DNA from: Methanobacteriota archaeon
Lineage (GTDB): Archaea > Thermoplasmatota > Poseidoniia > Poseidoniales > Poseidoniaceae
Direction of reading: 5' to 3'
Assembly: GCA_002726495.1 (NCBI GenBank)
Contig: PBTH01000062.1
Location: 9,239-73,238, forward strand
DNA: 64,000 bases
Numbering within the stretch: the first letter of the stretch is position 1; each line of letters starts with the position of its first letter. Under the pieces are notes generated by a model. That model saw only the letters and a program-made list of their open reading frames with translations. It did not search any database and was not told the DNA's origin. The translations under genes and the position numbers were made by a program. Below, one piece after another: positions 18,419 through 28,535 of this stretch.

Positions 18419-20323
18419 TCAAAGGAGACGAACTGTCTCAAGATTCTTTGGCGCATAAGTTCTGCAACGATACCGCTCCCTTAGAGTGTGACCAAGTTCG
18501 TTGCATTTTTGATAATCGCCGTGATGGCAAATGATGTTTCGTGGTTTGGGGTTCAATTGGTCAACAAATTCAAGAAGTTGCCTTCGGTCTGAATGACCAG
18601 AGAAACCGTCAATTGTAACCATCTCACAACCAATCTTGACAATTTCCGTTTTTCCATTAATCATCATAGGTACTTCACCAAACCCTTTCTGAAGCCTGCG
18701 TCCAAGTGTACCCTCGGCTTGGTAGCCGACAAAGCAAAGCGAGTTACGTTCTTCATGAGCCCAATTCTTGAAATATTCCATAACAGGACCGCCATTGAGC
18801 ATTCCAGAAGTCGCTAAAACGATGCATGGTGACGGGTCCATAACAATACTTTCACGAAGTTCCCGTCCTTTGACTGGGCGGAACCATTCACTTGTAAACG
18901 GATTCTCCCCATCATCCTTAAGCAAAGATTTGCTCAATGAATTGGTCAAGTACTTTGGATGAGCTGCGTGAATAGCAGTTGCTTCTTGGATCATTCCATC
19001 AAGCCAAACTGGAACGGGTTTAACCGTCCCAGATCTAAACAATTCATCGATAGCGATCATGACCTCTTGACTGCGGCCAACAGCGAACACGGGGCAGATC
19101 ATCTTTCCACCACGAAGCAATGTCCTTGAAACAATATCCTGAAGTTCTTGATTCGCCTCTTGACGTGATGGTTGATAATCACCGGATGCTCCGTAAGTTG
19201 ATTCAATCACGAGGGTTTCAACCCTTGGGAAACGAGTGTTTGCAGCATCAAAGAGCCATGATTTCTCATACTTTTGATCTCCACTGAAGACGATGTTATG
19301 CTTACCATCTGCAATGTTGAGGTGTACTGCAGAAGAGCCAAGAATATGTCCTGCATTTGAGAATGTCAATTTGACATCTGGGGCAATATCGGTTGTTTCA
19401 CCCCAGTCAACATCCACAACATGCTTCATACACATTCGTATGTCTTCCATGTCATAGGGTGAACGCTTGCCCTCAGCACCCCCGACTTTGAGATAATCTG
19501 TTTGTAACAAGAGCATCAAATCTCGGGTGGGTGGAGTGCAAAAAACCGGACCTCTGTATCCATATTTGAACAAAACAGGCAGCATTCCTGCATGGTCAAG
19601 GTGAGAGTGCGTCAAAACCACAGCATCCAGTTTTTCCAGTGGGAGCGCCTCTGGAGCCGTAAAATACGGCATCGGGTCGGTGTCGGAGGCAATGTTAACC
19701 CCAACATCGATCATAATTCTTGATTCATTGGTCGTTACAAAATGACATGCCCGGCCAACTTCACGGTAGGATCCAAGAGCAGTTACACGCGCCCAAGTGG
19801 CTCCTGGGCGAGTAGGGCGGTGAATGTTAAGGCCAAAATCCTTCAACAATTTCCTACGTTCATCAGCTTTTTCTTGGCGGTAACCGCGGATGTCGTGAAC
19901 CGTCTTTGAGAAGAGAGGCGGGGTACGTTCAACCTTGACGGACCAACCGGTTTCGTCACGAATCTTTCGAGTATTTTCTCCACGACGTCCCACAGCAGTA
20001 CCTGGATTTTTACATTGAATCGTCACTTCACGATAGCAGCCATCAAAGTACATCTCTGTGATTTCTGAATCTTCTGGGATGAGGTTTTCAATCACTTCTT
20101 TTGCAGCATCAAGATCCATCATAGCATCAAGAGGTGAGCGCAAAACAATCTTTCTCTTGATTCGCTTTGCAATCTTTCCAATGAGCCCGTCACGACCGCC
20201 AAACTGGTCCATTTGGGTCGTAATGATAGCAATGTTACCCGCTTCTAAATCAACGCTGTAATCGACCGTCTTTGGTACAATTTTCGCGATTTCGTCTTTC
20301 AATTCTTTGTAGGTCATTTGCAT
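18419..20323 (-). CDS. archaeal CPSF1-type beta-CASP ribonuclease (aCPSF1/FttA transcription termination factor)
   Basis: Two N-terminal KH domains, a metallo-beta-lactamase motif (VVLTHSHLDHAGMLP), beta-CASP motifs, and the typical aCPSF1 length of 634 aa. Confidence 0.9.
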   Translation of the reverse strand: MQMTYKELKDEIAKIVPKTVDYSVDLEAGNIAIITTQMDQFGGRDGLIGKIAKRIKRKIVLRSPLDAMMDLDAAKEVIENLIPEDSEITEMYFDGCYREVTIQCKNPGTAVGRRGENTRKIRDETGWSVKVERTPPLFSKTVHDIRGYRQEKADERRKLLKDFGLNIHRPTRPGATWARVTALGSYREVGRACHFVTTNESRIMIDVGVNIASDTDPMPYFTAPEALPLEKLDAVVLTHSHLDHAGMLPVLFKYGYRGPVFCTPPTRDLMLLLQTDYLKVGGAEGKRSPYDMEDIRMCMKHVVDVDWGETTDIAPDVKLTFSNAGHILGSSAVHLNIADGKHNIVFSGDQKYEKSWLFDAANTRFPRVETLVIESTYGASGDYQPSRQEANQELQDIVSRTLLRGGKMICPVFAVGRSQEVMIAIDELFRSGTVKPVPVWLDGMIQEATAIHAAHPKYLTNSLSKSLLKDDGENPFTSEWFRPVKGRELRESIVMDPSPCIVLATSGMLNGGPVMEYFKNWAHEERNSLCFVGYQAEGTLGRRLQKGFGEVPMMINGKTEIVKIGCEMVTIDGFSGHSDRRQLLEFVDQLNPKPRNIICHHGDYQKCNELGHTLRERYRCRTYAPKNLETVRLL

Positions 20324-20409
20324 AGTATCTACCTCGTTCCTGCGCCATCACACTGCCTGTGACATGCCATAAGGCGAATGCGGCTCATGCCGCAGGAATT
20401 GGAAAATGC

Positions 20410-21051
20410 TCACTTGAGGAGCTTTGCAATGTCTTCTTGAGAGACTTGTTGGTAACCAGATGCCGGTGTGATGACAGCCAAATCCATACCGTTTCCGGAG
20501 GCTGCATCTCGTTGGCCTGATGCATAGAGGGCGCGGGCCGCCAGTTTTAATGCATCCGCTTGTGACATCCCTTCACTAAAGCCGTCTTCTAGGACACCGT
20601 ACATGTATGGAGAGCCCGACCCTGTGGCGCAGTAAACATCTGGTATGGACCCGCCAGCTGAATCAATGGAGTAGACATGGCCTCCATCGTCATCGACTCC
20701 AACGATGAGGAGTTGAACCCAGTGGGGTCGGCCGGCGAGAATATTTGCCGTAAGAGTTGCAGCACCTTTGACCGTCATAGGTTGTTGACGACGAAGTTCA
20801 AACAATGCAACCTCTGCTGTTAGAGTTCTGGACAACGACTGGGCGTGACCGACCAGTCCGGCTGTTGTGAGAGCAAGATTGCCTCCAATTTTGAAGAGTT
20901 TTTGGACACTCTTGTTCGCAATGAAATGACCCATTGTTGCTCGGTGGTCGGCTCCAACAACGACACCTCCTTTGAACGTAATTCCCACAGTACTAGTTCC
21001 GGTTTTGAGGACGCCTTGTTGCTCGGTCATGATTTTCCCTTCCGTTGACAC
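20410..21051 (-). CDS. psmB: proteasome subunit beta
   Basis: Propeptide followed by the catalytic Thr motif LKTGTSTVGITFKGGVVVGADHR and the Ntn-hydrolase fold pattern. Confidence 0.9.
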   Translation of the reverse strand: MSTEGKIMTEQQGVLKTGTSTVGITFKGGVVVGADHRATMGHFIANKSVQKLFKIGGNLALTTAGLVGHAQSLSRTLTAEVALFELRRQQPMTVKGAATLTANILAGRPHWVQLLIVGVDDDGGHVYSIDSAGGSIPDVYCATGSGSPYMYGVLEDGFSEGMSQADALKLAARALYASGQRDAASGNGMDLAVITPASGYQQVSQEDIAKLLK

Positions 21052-21200
21052 TCTTTGAACCTTGAGGCTCTAAGATACGGTCGTTGTTGTCCTTTATCAA
21101 GTTCACGAAAATTCGGGGGACAGGAGAAAACGCTGATAACAGTCTGTTTAACCGTAATTGAAGGGGAGTGTTGATGAAGCACCTGTAACAAGCCAATCAT

Positions 21201-21821
21201 GTGCGAAGGAAGAAACAAAAGGTTCCGGACGAAGCACAATCTTCGCTTGACCGGTTCTCAGGAGCCCCGAGTGAACCCGTATCACCTCATCAAGACGAAA
21301 CACCGGTTGTTCCATCAATGCCTAATTTGGATTTGTTGGAACAGGCCGAGGCAAAATTATCTCAACCTCAAGAGGATCAAATCGCGGAGAGTACAGATCA
21401 ATTGCGACGATTCCGAATGCCCAGTTCTGAACATGAAGACGCCAGTCGTCCACCAACCTCTACGATGACCTATCATGACCTTAACACCCTGTACCCCAGT
21501 GCACCCGTCCCTCTAGAAGAAGGAGGCATGGTCTTGCATAACGCTACATTGCACGACTTGACAGGATGCCACCAACTCATGGATTGGGTTGCTGATGGGC
21601 ATGCTTGTATCGTTGAAATGAAACGCCTCATCAAGAGGAAAACTGAATTCTCACAAGCGCTGAATTGGCTTCACACATTCATCGAGGGTGACCTCCAAGG
21701 CCAAATTATCCAGATGACTGAGACTCGTTTGATGCTGCTACCAGAAGGTTGCCGCGGCCTGAAAGGAACCGAGATGGAAGGCTTTGCAGTCGAACGAAAT
21801 GAGTTTACGGGCGTGAATTGA
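21201..21821 (+). CDS. SepF-like (DUF552) cell-division protein
   Basis: The C-terminal about 90 aa (MVLHNATLHDLTGCHQLMDWVADGHACIVEMKRL...QMTETRLMLLPEG) fit the SepF/DUF552 pattern. The N-terminal half is Pro/Ser-rich and disordered-like. Confidence 0.5.
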   Translation: MRRKKQKVPDEAQSSLDRFSGAPSEPVSPHQDETPVVPSMPNLDLLEQAEAKLSQPQEDQIAESTDQLRRFRMPSSEHEDASRPPTSTMTYHDLNTLYPSAPVPLEEGGMVLHNATLHDLTGCHQLMDWVADGHACIVEMKRLIKRKTEFSQALNWLHTFIEGDLQGQIIQMTETRLMLLPEGCRGLKGTEMEGFAVERNEFTGVN

Positions 21822-22459
21822 TGGACGAGCAATCCATTGACATACCATGCCCCATATGCAATGCAAGCGGGAATGTGAAAATGATCGCTCATGTTGATGA
21901 GATCCCATACTTTGGAGAGCATACACAAGTCACAGTTCAATGTCATGATTGTGGTTGGAGACAAACTGATTTTATCCCTGCAGAAGGAAAAAAACCGGGT
22001 GGTTGCTCACTTGTTATTGACAACCCAGACCTCTTGAGTGCTCGAGTTGTTAGGTCTTCTTCGTGCACTGTTCGCCTACCTGAGCTTGACCTTCAGGTCA
22101 ATCCAGGAAGCAACTCAACAGGCTATGTTTCAAACGTGGAGGGAGTATTGAATCGATTTGTAGACATCATCAATTTGGTAAAAAGAGGCCATGAAGCTGA
22201 ACTCATTGAAGCAGATTCCTCGGAAAGCAGAGAAGAACTCATGGGCGAACTTTCAACACTCAACGAGATGCTCGCCAGAATTGAATCTCTAAAAGGGCCA
22301 AAAACAATTGATGCTGTTACCATTGAATTGCTTGACCCACATGGCCATTCGTTGATACTTCATGAAAACACTGTAGAGAGAGAATTAACCGAAGCAGAAT
22401 TGCGTGAACTGCCGGTTGGCCCAGACCCAGCCGTATTTTCTCAAGATGACATGAATTAA
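21818..22459 (+). CDS. ZPR1-type zinc-finger protein
   Basis: CPICNASGNVKM...IPYFGEHTQVTVQCHDCGWRQTDF is the ZPR1 C4 zinc-finger consensus. The start overlaps the SepF-like gene stop (ATGA). Confidence 0.75.
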   Translation: MMDEQSIDIPCPICNASGNVKMIAHVDEIPYFGEHTQVTVQCHDCGWRQTDFIPAEGKKPGGCSLVIDNPDLLSARVVRSSSCTVRLPELDLQVNPGSNSTGYVSNVEGVLNRFVDIINLVKRGHEAELIEADSSESREELMGELSTLNEMLARIESLKGPKTIDAVTIELLDPHGHSLILHENTVERELTEAELRELPVGPDPAVFSQDDMN

Positions 22460-23841
22460 CGGGAATCCTCAGCGAGGAAATCAGAGACGACATGGGCCGT
22501 TTGGTCCCGCATTTCATGGAGCGATGACATCCATTCAGTCGCTCTGTCAATACAAAGTTGCTTCATTTCACCTGCAAGGATTTTTCCTGCTCTATAATCG
22601 GAATTTATCTCAGCCAAATAAGCATCATCATCCTCAAAGAAATACATCATGTATTGATAGGCTACATCGATGTCTGGATTTCCACCCAAGCGACGATGTT
22701 CTTCAACGGTTGCTTGACTGCCCGAAAAGGCACGCTTGATTTTCTTTTCAACAGCCTTGAGGTCATCGCTCAAAAATAAAGTAGTTTTTGGCTTACTGCT
22801 GCTCATTTTATCACCAGTCATTCCAACTGCAAAGTGATGATATGTGGATGATGGCGCAAGCAGACCTGGACCTCCCAACTCCCTCTCAAGTGACAACAGT
22901 GCCATTCGTATTCCGTGACGGTCCCTGGTTGTGGCGGAAGGAACATGAACAGCACCCTGTTTTGGATTTGACATGATATCTGAAAATCCGAGATCCGTTA
23001 AGGCATCAACAATCCGAGAAAAGACGCTTTCTACCTTGGCTCGGTCAACCCTTCCATTTGCCATTTGTCCAAATGCTCCTGCATTTTCATCATGGATTGA
23101 AAGGCTGATGCTCAGCCCTCGTGAAGATGCATCTTTGAGATTAAACCAGTTTGTTTTGTTCGCCAATCCTCGGGTCAACCTTAGATGTGGGTCTTGGTCA
23201 ACTCCCACAGGTACAACGATGGGACGTAGACCTCCGAATTCATCTGTTTGTGGATGTAAGATATCTCCGACTTGAACAAGAGGTGCTTGTACATGAGCGA
23301 GATTTGTCTCTCCATTGAAACCATAAATCGCTTCAAATTCGTTGAGATTTGTACGCTTACCGAGTTGAAATCCTAACCTCTGAACAATCGGTCTTCTGGA
23401 CTGGAAGTAAACATTCGTTTTTTCGGGGTCAAGACCCAATGCTGCATAGTTTGCGATGTATTCCTCAAGAGCGATTTTGCGACCTTTATCTAGACTCACG
23501 CCACGTGTGGCTTGACTCTCTAAATCTGCAACGGCGATGGTAACATCTCCACCGTGCTGTTGAAACCACTTTACCTGCTCAATAACCATTGAGTGTCCAA
23601 GGTGCATTTGGCCACTTGGCATTAGCCCTGTGAGTACTCCAAACGGATCTCCTTTTCGTTGAGCTTCTTGTACAACATCAAGGTCACGATGAGCAAAGAT
23701 GATTCCGCGGCGGTGAAGTTTGGAGGGGTTCGAGACGGTTGATGGTATGAGTGGAGTCAGCCCGAATTGGTCAATAATTCGCCCATAATCGGTTGATTGC
23801 GCACTTCCCCACGGGTCAATGGTGATGTCCTCGTCGCCCAT
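22456..23841 (-). CDS. trpS: tryptophanyl-tRNA synthetase (archaeal/eukaryotic type)
   Basis: Class I motifs HIGH (MHLGHSM) and KMSKS (GDKMSSSKP). The N-terminal DPWGS..DYGRIIDQFG is typical of TrpRS. Confidence 0.8.
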   Translation of the reverse strand: MGDEDITIDPWGSAQSTDYGRIIDQFGLTPLIPSTVSNPSKLHRRGIIFAHRDLDVVQEAQRKGDPFGVLTGLMPSGQMHLGHSMVIEQVKWFQQHGGDVTIAVADLESQATRGVSLDKGRKIALEEYIANYAALGLDPEKTNVYFQSRRPIVQRLGFQLGKRTNLNEFEAIYGFNGETNLAHVQAPLVQVGDILHPQTDEFGGLRPIVVPVGVDQDPHLRLTRGLANKTNWFNLKDASSRGLSISLSIHDENAGAFGQMANGRVDRAKVESVFSRIVDALTDLGFSDIMSNPKQGAVHVPSATTRDRHGIRMALLSLERELGGPGLLAPSSTYHHFAVGMTGDKMSSSKPKTTLFLSDDLKAVEKKIKRAFSGSQATVEEHRRLGGNPDIDVAYQYMMYFFEDDDAYLAEINSDYRAGKILAGEMKQLCIDRATEWMSSLHEMRDQTAHVVSDFLAEDSR

Positions 23842-23867
23842 ACAGGTTGCCTCGTGATGAATCTCGG

Positions 23868-25157
23868 TTACTCCTCGGCATCAAGGCTTCGCTTCATCTC
23901 GTGGGGATACGGTTGTTTTTCGTGGATTCGTCCCTTTCCGAAATAAGGAGCAAGTGGGCCGATATTTTCCCGCCCAAGAACTGCCATCATGGCAACGGTT
24001 GTAGTAAAGCCAATTCCAAGAACAGCATAAGGCATCCAGGCTGCCTCTCCATCTGCTGAACGAGGCGTTAGCAGCCATGTGAATCTCACATTATCCTCTT
24101 CAAGAAACCGTTTGGACCATTTGAACAAATCGCTGGTTGCGTGGCCCGCAACAGTAACCGCTGAGGAATGATTGTTCCAAAATTCCGTTAGCCCAAGGAC
24201 ATCATAATCGACCTGTGTATCATTGAAATGAATCTCGGTTGGTTCTCCGTCCTTAACAGAGATAAGAACTGTGCCATCGCTTTGTTGTCTCCAGCCCTGC
24301 ATTGCATTAACTTCACCCTCTATAGAAAGTGCATATGTGCCGTTTATTGAGACATTTACCACATCGGCAGAACCAACATTTAATCTCCAGGTGAGTGGGA
24401 GATTCCAACCAACATGGTCTCCCGAGGTACACGCCTCGGTTAGAAGTGATTCAAAATTCACAATTGACCCTTGTTCTGTCTCTATTTTGGAATGAGACAA
24501 TTCATAGCAACGGTGAGCTTCCCAGTAGGACCATGCTTCACCCCATGTGGTGAGCCATATGTCTTCTGACTCATGAAGATAATTAAGCACATCACGGTCA
24601 TGGCGAACCGTTGCATCATTGACTCTTCCGATCCAGTAAAGATTCACCAAACCTCCTGCTTCAATCTCTTCTTGGACCGATTCTAAAGAGGCCATCCCTT
24701 TCTCAAGACTCCCTCCTCTTCTGCCTAAATTGTACCAGTCCCATAGGTCGACTGGGGTATCGGAGGAATTGTGCCACGCCGTTGATTCTACTCCTGTATT
24801 ATCACCGTGAACTGCAAATCCTTGAGAAGCAATTTGTTCATGTTGAGATGAACTTAATGTTGAAGGGGTAAAGGTCGACAACGGATGTTCGCCCCATTTA
24901 CTTGCGTTGATTCTTTCTTCAATATAGGATTTGCACGATTGAGCGACTGCCCCGGGGTCATTAATCCAACTTAGACCTGGCATTCCGTAGCAACCAAATT
25001 CATCACCAAGGTCCAATCGGTCAGAACCATATGAGGTTTGGAGCCATCCATCTTCTTCCCAAGAACTCTGTGCAAGAGCCACCGGGTGAAGCATAACAAG
25101 AACAAGCGTACTGGTTAGCAAAATGGAGACCATATGTCGTGTTGTGGAGCCCCCCAT
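23868..25157 (-). CDS. exported hypothetical protein with signal peptide and C-terminal TM anchor
   Basis: Signal peptide MGGSTTRHMVSILLTSTLVLVMLHPVALA and a C-terminal TM (MPYAVLGIGFTTTVAMMAVLG). The start is chosen at the Met that gives a canonical signal peptide. No recognisable catalytic family. Confidence 0.5.
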   Translation of the reverse strand: MGGSTTRHMVSILLTSTLVLVMLHPVALAQSSWEEDGWLQTSYGSDRLDLGDEFGCYGMPGLSWINDPGAVAQSCKSYIEERINASKWGEHPLSTFTPSTLSSSQHEQIASQGFAVHGDNTGVESTAWHNSSDTPVDLWDWYNLGRRGGSLEKGMASLESVQEEIEAGGLVNLYWIGRVNDATVRHDRDVLNYLHESEDIWLTTWGEAWSYWEAHRCYELSHSKIETEQGSIVNFESLLTEACTSGDHVGWNLPLTWRLNVGSADVVNVSINGTYALSIEGEVNAMQGWRQQSDGTVLISVKDGEPTEIHFNDTQVDYDVLGLTEFWNNHSSAVTVAGHATSDLFKWSKRFLEEDNVRFTWLLTPRSADGEAAWMPYAVLGIGFTTTVAMMAVLGRENIGPLAPYFGKGRIHEKQPYPHEMKRSLDAEE

Positions 25158-25382
25158 AAACTTGGCTTGAACCCTTTCCCTTTGACGGTTGTTGTTTGAC
25201 CGTGTGCTGTTCTCAAAACCGTACATTGGTCGGGAATAAGAGAACAAGAGTGAAAACCAAATCGCTTTCATCACGATTACATGGAGAAAGGTGACGAGGT
25301 GAGAGAAGGCTGGTCACTGCTTGTGAATCACTGGCAAATTCCTCCCGCCTCTGCATCTGTCCCCTCAACGCCTACTTACAGC

Positions 25383-26066
25383 ATGCTGCGAATGTTTCTC
25401 TCTCCACTGCTACGACCTCTTCTGCGATGGAGAATAAGGGGGGCGGGCAACATCCCGAGAACGGGTGCAACGATACTTGCAGCCAACCATCTCTCTCACG
25501 TCGACCCCATCGCCGTCATAGCTGCTGCGAGAAGGACGACCTATTATCTCGCTAAAGATGGGCATTTCAGCAAACCTATGATGCGCTTTTTGATGCAGGC
25601 TACTGGCCAAATTGAAACACAACGAGAAAAGGGTGGCAATGAAGCACTTGCAAGTGCTGCAACCGTTCTCTCCAGCGGAAAGGCATTGGGAATCTTTCCC
25701 GAAGGAACTCGCTCCAAACGCACAGAAGCACCGTTTCTCTTGCCCGGTAAAACTGGAGTTGCTCGACTTGCGGCAGCATATCCGGATGCTTGTGTTGTTC
25801 CAATCGCCATTCGTGGCGCTAGAGATTTTATGATGCCAAAAGAGCATAAATTTCCGAGGATTTGGAAGCCGTTGAGTGTCAATGCTGGGGTTTCAATCTC
25901 TTGGCACACATGGTTAGGCCACCAATCTGGAGGGAACCATACCCTTGCTAGCCTCACTGAATTAGCACAACGGGACGAGCATGAGATTCGGGTAGAATTG
26001 GCGCATTTGTACCGTAAGTTCACTGACCAGTTGATGGGTTCAGTATCGGCACTTGGCGCCCCATGA
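25383..26066 (+). CDS. 1-acyl-sn-glycerol-3-phosphate acyltransferase family (PlsC/LPLAT)
   Basis: HxxxxD motif (AANHLSHVDP), FPEGTRS motif and a downstream PIAIRG block. The start is chosen at MLRMF; the ORF extends to 25281. Confidence 0.75.
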   Translation: MLRMFLSPLLRPLLRWRIRGAGNIPRTGATILAANHLSHVDPIAVIAAARRTTYYLAKDGHFSKPMMRFLMQATGQIETQREKGGNEALASAATVLSSGKALGIFPEGTRSKRTEAPFLLPGKTGVARLAAAYPDACVVPIAIRGARDFMMPKEHKFPRIWKPLSVNAGVSISWHTWLGHQSGGNHTLASLTELAQRDEHEIRVELAHLYRKFTDQLMGSVSALGAP

Positions 26067-26096
26067 GACTTTATTTAATGTCGACAATGCGTTCTT

Positions 26097-26807
26097 GTGA
26101 TGTTCGAAGTAGCGACAGCTCTAGGTCTCGTAAGTTTCCCAATGCATACAAAGGAAGAGAATGTCAAAGCAGAGAACAGAGCATTGAAATTACTTGCTGA
26201 CATCATTGAGCAATCGGATGAATGGCAAGTTCGGCTTAACGAAAAGGAACAAGTGGTTCTCCACACGGTTGATGACAACCCACGACTCATGATTGACCCA
26301 TGCGCAACCATAGAGCGATTTTACAAGGACGGAAATGAGCACATCGTCACGTACATGTTCATCGGACCAAATACGATATCTGCATGCGTTATTGTCGACC
26401 AAAATGCCCCACAATGTGTGATTACCGATACCATCATCTCACTTGTATTGCTTGCAGAAGCAGGTTGGCCAAAGGAACATACGCCGTTGACATTGAATCT
26501 TATGCGGGAAAATCTGAAAGACACGATTAAAAACGTCCCCAAGCGTTCCATGATTACAGAAGATGATCTTGAGCGATTGGAAGTGATCGAGGACCATATT
26601 TTGAGCGAAAAATGGGCGGATGCGCTCTTGAATTTGGGTGGACACGCTCGTTTTTGCTACACCTGTAAAGGTTGGACAGAACAAGAGGTCAAGACTCACA
26701 TCAATGCGTTTCTTGATCGCATCCCCATGGATCAAATCATCAGATATATCTCCGCTCCCTTTGATGCATCAGAAACCATTTTCATCACAGTACCAACCTT
26801 GCAGTAG
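26097..26807 (+). CDS. hypothetical protein
   Basis: 236 aa ORF with good coding texture and no recognisable motif. Confidence 0.45.
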   Translation: MMFEVATALGLVSFPMHTKEENVKAENRALKLLADIIEQSDEWQVRLNEKEQVVLHTVDDNPRLMIDPCATIERFYKDGNEHIVTYMFIGPNTISACVIVDQNAPQCVITDTIISLVLLAEAGWPKEHTPLTLNLMRENLKDTIKNVPKRSMITEDDLERLEVIEDHILSEKWADALLNLGGHARFCYTCKGWTEQEVKTHINAFLDRIPMDQIIRYISAPFDASETIFITVPTLQ

Positions 26808-26857
26808 CGTGAGAAGCCTCAAGTGCTTTCGGCGTTGAACCACGACTAGGTGACACA

Positions 26858-27652
26858 GTGAAGGCATACTTGGACCTCATGCGGCACATTTTGGAACACG
26901 GTGCTGACAAAGGAGACCGTACTGGCACGGGAACCAAATCCGTATTTGGATATCAAATGCGATTTGATTTGAGTGATGGCTTTCCAATGGTGACCACCAA
27001 AAAACTCCACCTCCCATCGATTGTTCACGAATTGTTATGGTTCATCAAAGGCGATACGAATGTCAAATATCTTCAGGAGAACGGTGTCCGTATCTGGAAC
27101 GAATGGGCCGATGAAAACGGTGATCTCGGTCCCGTTTATGGCAAGCAATGGCGTAAATGGGAAGGCAAAGATGGGAGGGTGATCGACCAACTTCAACAAG
27201 CGATTGAGACCATCAAATCAAATCCAAACAGCCGCAGAATCATCGTTTCAGCCTGGAATGTTGGCGAATTGGAAGACATGGCCCTCATGCCTTGCCATGC
27301 ATTTTTCCAGTTTCATGTATCAGAGGGGAGACTGAACTGTCAACTCTATCAAAGAAGTGCTGATGTTTTTCTTGGAGTGCCTTTTAACATCGCTTCGTAC
27401 GCCTTGCTGACTCACATGATGGCCCAAGTTTGTGGGCTGAAAGCAGGAACATTTGTTCATACCCTTGGTGATGCTCACCTCTACAGCAATCACCTTGAAC
27501 AAGCCACTTTGCAAATAACAAGAGAGCCAATGGAGCTGCCGTCACTAAAACTCAATCCAGACATTACCTCAATTGATGATTTCACATATGCGGATGTTGA
27601 GATTGTTAACTATCATCACCACCCACATATCAAAGCCCCAATCTCAATTTAG
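26858..27652 (+). CDS. thyA: thymidylate synthase
   Basis: Near-canonical ThyA throughout: [31 protein letters not shown] (catalytic Cys), [21 protein letters not shown]. Confidence 0.95.
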   Translation: MKAYLDLMRHILEHGADKGDRTGTGTKSVFGYQMRFDLSDGFPMVTTKKLHLPSIVHELLWFIKGDTNVKYLQENGVRIWNEWADENGDLGPVYGKQWRKWEGKDGRVIDQLQQAIETIKSNPNSRRIIVSAWNVGELEDMALMPCHAFFQFHVSEGRLNCQLYQRSADVFLGVPFNIASYALLTHMMAQVCGLKAGTFVHTLGDAHLYSNHLEQATLQITREPMELPSLKLNPDITSIDDFTYADVEIVNYHHHPHIKAPISI

Positions 27653-27662
27653 GTGATCAAGC

Positions 27663-28130
27663 ATGATTTCAATGATTTTTGCTTGTGATGAACAAGGTGC
27701 AATTGGCAAAAATGGAGATTTGCCGTGGAGGCAATCAACCGACCTTCAGCATTTCAAACGTGTAACACTGAACAAGACCATCGTAATGGGAAGAAAAACG
27801 TGGGATAGCCTTGGTAAAGCATTGCCCTCCAGAAGAAACATCGTGATGTCCAGGAAAGGTGTTGAAGGAATTGAATCTATGACCTTCGAGCAGGTTTTGG
27901 AACTTGCAGAGAATGAAGAAGTTGTGATTATTGGAGGGGGAGAAATCTATGCGCTTTTTTTGGAGCATGCCAAGGAGATACACCGGACAATCATCCATAC
28001 ATGCGTTGAACATGCAGATACCTTCGCCCCAGAGATAGATGATGTAATCTTTTACTTACTTAGTGAAAAGCAACTGGAACCCAGCGATAGGGATGATCAT
28101 GCGATGACATTCCAACATTGGATTTCATAA
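27663..28130 (+). CDS. folA: dihydrofolate reductase
   Basis: MISMIFACDEQGAIGKNGDLPW, VIMGRKTWDS and GGGEIY motifs. Immediately downstream of thyA. Confidence 0.9.
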   Translation: MISMIFACDEQGAIGKNGDLPWRQSTDLQHFKRVTLNKTIVMGRKTWDSLGKALPSRRNIVMSRKGVEGIESMTFEQVLELAENEEVVIIGGGEIYALFLEHAKEIHRTIIHTCVEHADTFAPEIDDVIFYLLSEKQLEPSDRDDHAMTFQHWIS

Positions 28131-28505
28131 TCACTCTGGCCGGTATTCAGTTACCCGGATACCCAACCTTCCTTGAAGAGCCTCTCGCTTCATGATACGC
28201 AAGTATTTCTTCTCAAAGGCTGCTTTGAGGTCAATCCCCATTGCAAGACTATGACCCATGAGCAAGATGAGAACATCGGCCATTTCTTCTGCACATTCTT
28301 CCAGAGGCTTTCCTTTGGTAATCGCTGCAGCCAGTTCGCCCAGTTCCTCAATAGTAAGAGCCATCCGATAACCCATATCATGTCCGTTTTGACCTGCAAA
28401 GTCGTGTTTGTGATGGAACGCAGCGACTCGCTTCATCATCGATTCCCATTCATCTTGAGGTTCATGATTCATCCATTGGTCTACATTTCGTCCTTCCATG
28501 ACCAA
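28131..28505 (-). CDS. MazG-like nucleoside triphosphate pyrophosphohydrolase
   Basis: EELGELAAAI...EEMADVLILLMGHSLAMGIDL is the MazG/all-alpha NTP-PPase EExGE...E..D signature. Confidence 0.7.
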   Translation of the reverse strand: MVMEGRNVDQWMNHEPQDEWESMMKRVAAFHHKHDFAGQNGHDMGYRMALTIEELGELAAAITKGKPLEECAEEMADVLILLMGHSLAMGIDLKAAFEKKYLRIMKREALQGRLGIRVTEYRPE

Positions 28506-28535
28506 TGCTCATAGCGACAAACCATGATGTTTGTG

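Noticed and set aside
20324-20409. GC-rich inverted repeat (CCTGCG...CGCAGG) between aCPSF1 and psmB, a possible small RNA or terminator
   Set aside because: It is a short stem with no conserved ncRNA motif. It probably only reflects the 5' UTR/promoter of aCPSF1 or the 3' end of psmB. Evidence is insufficient.
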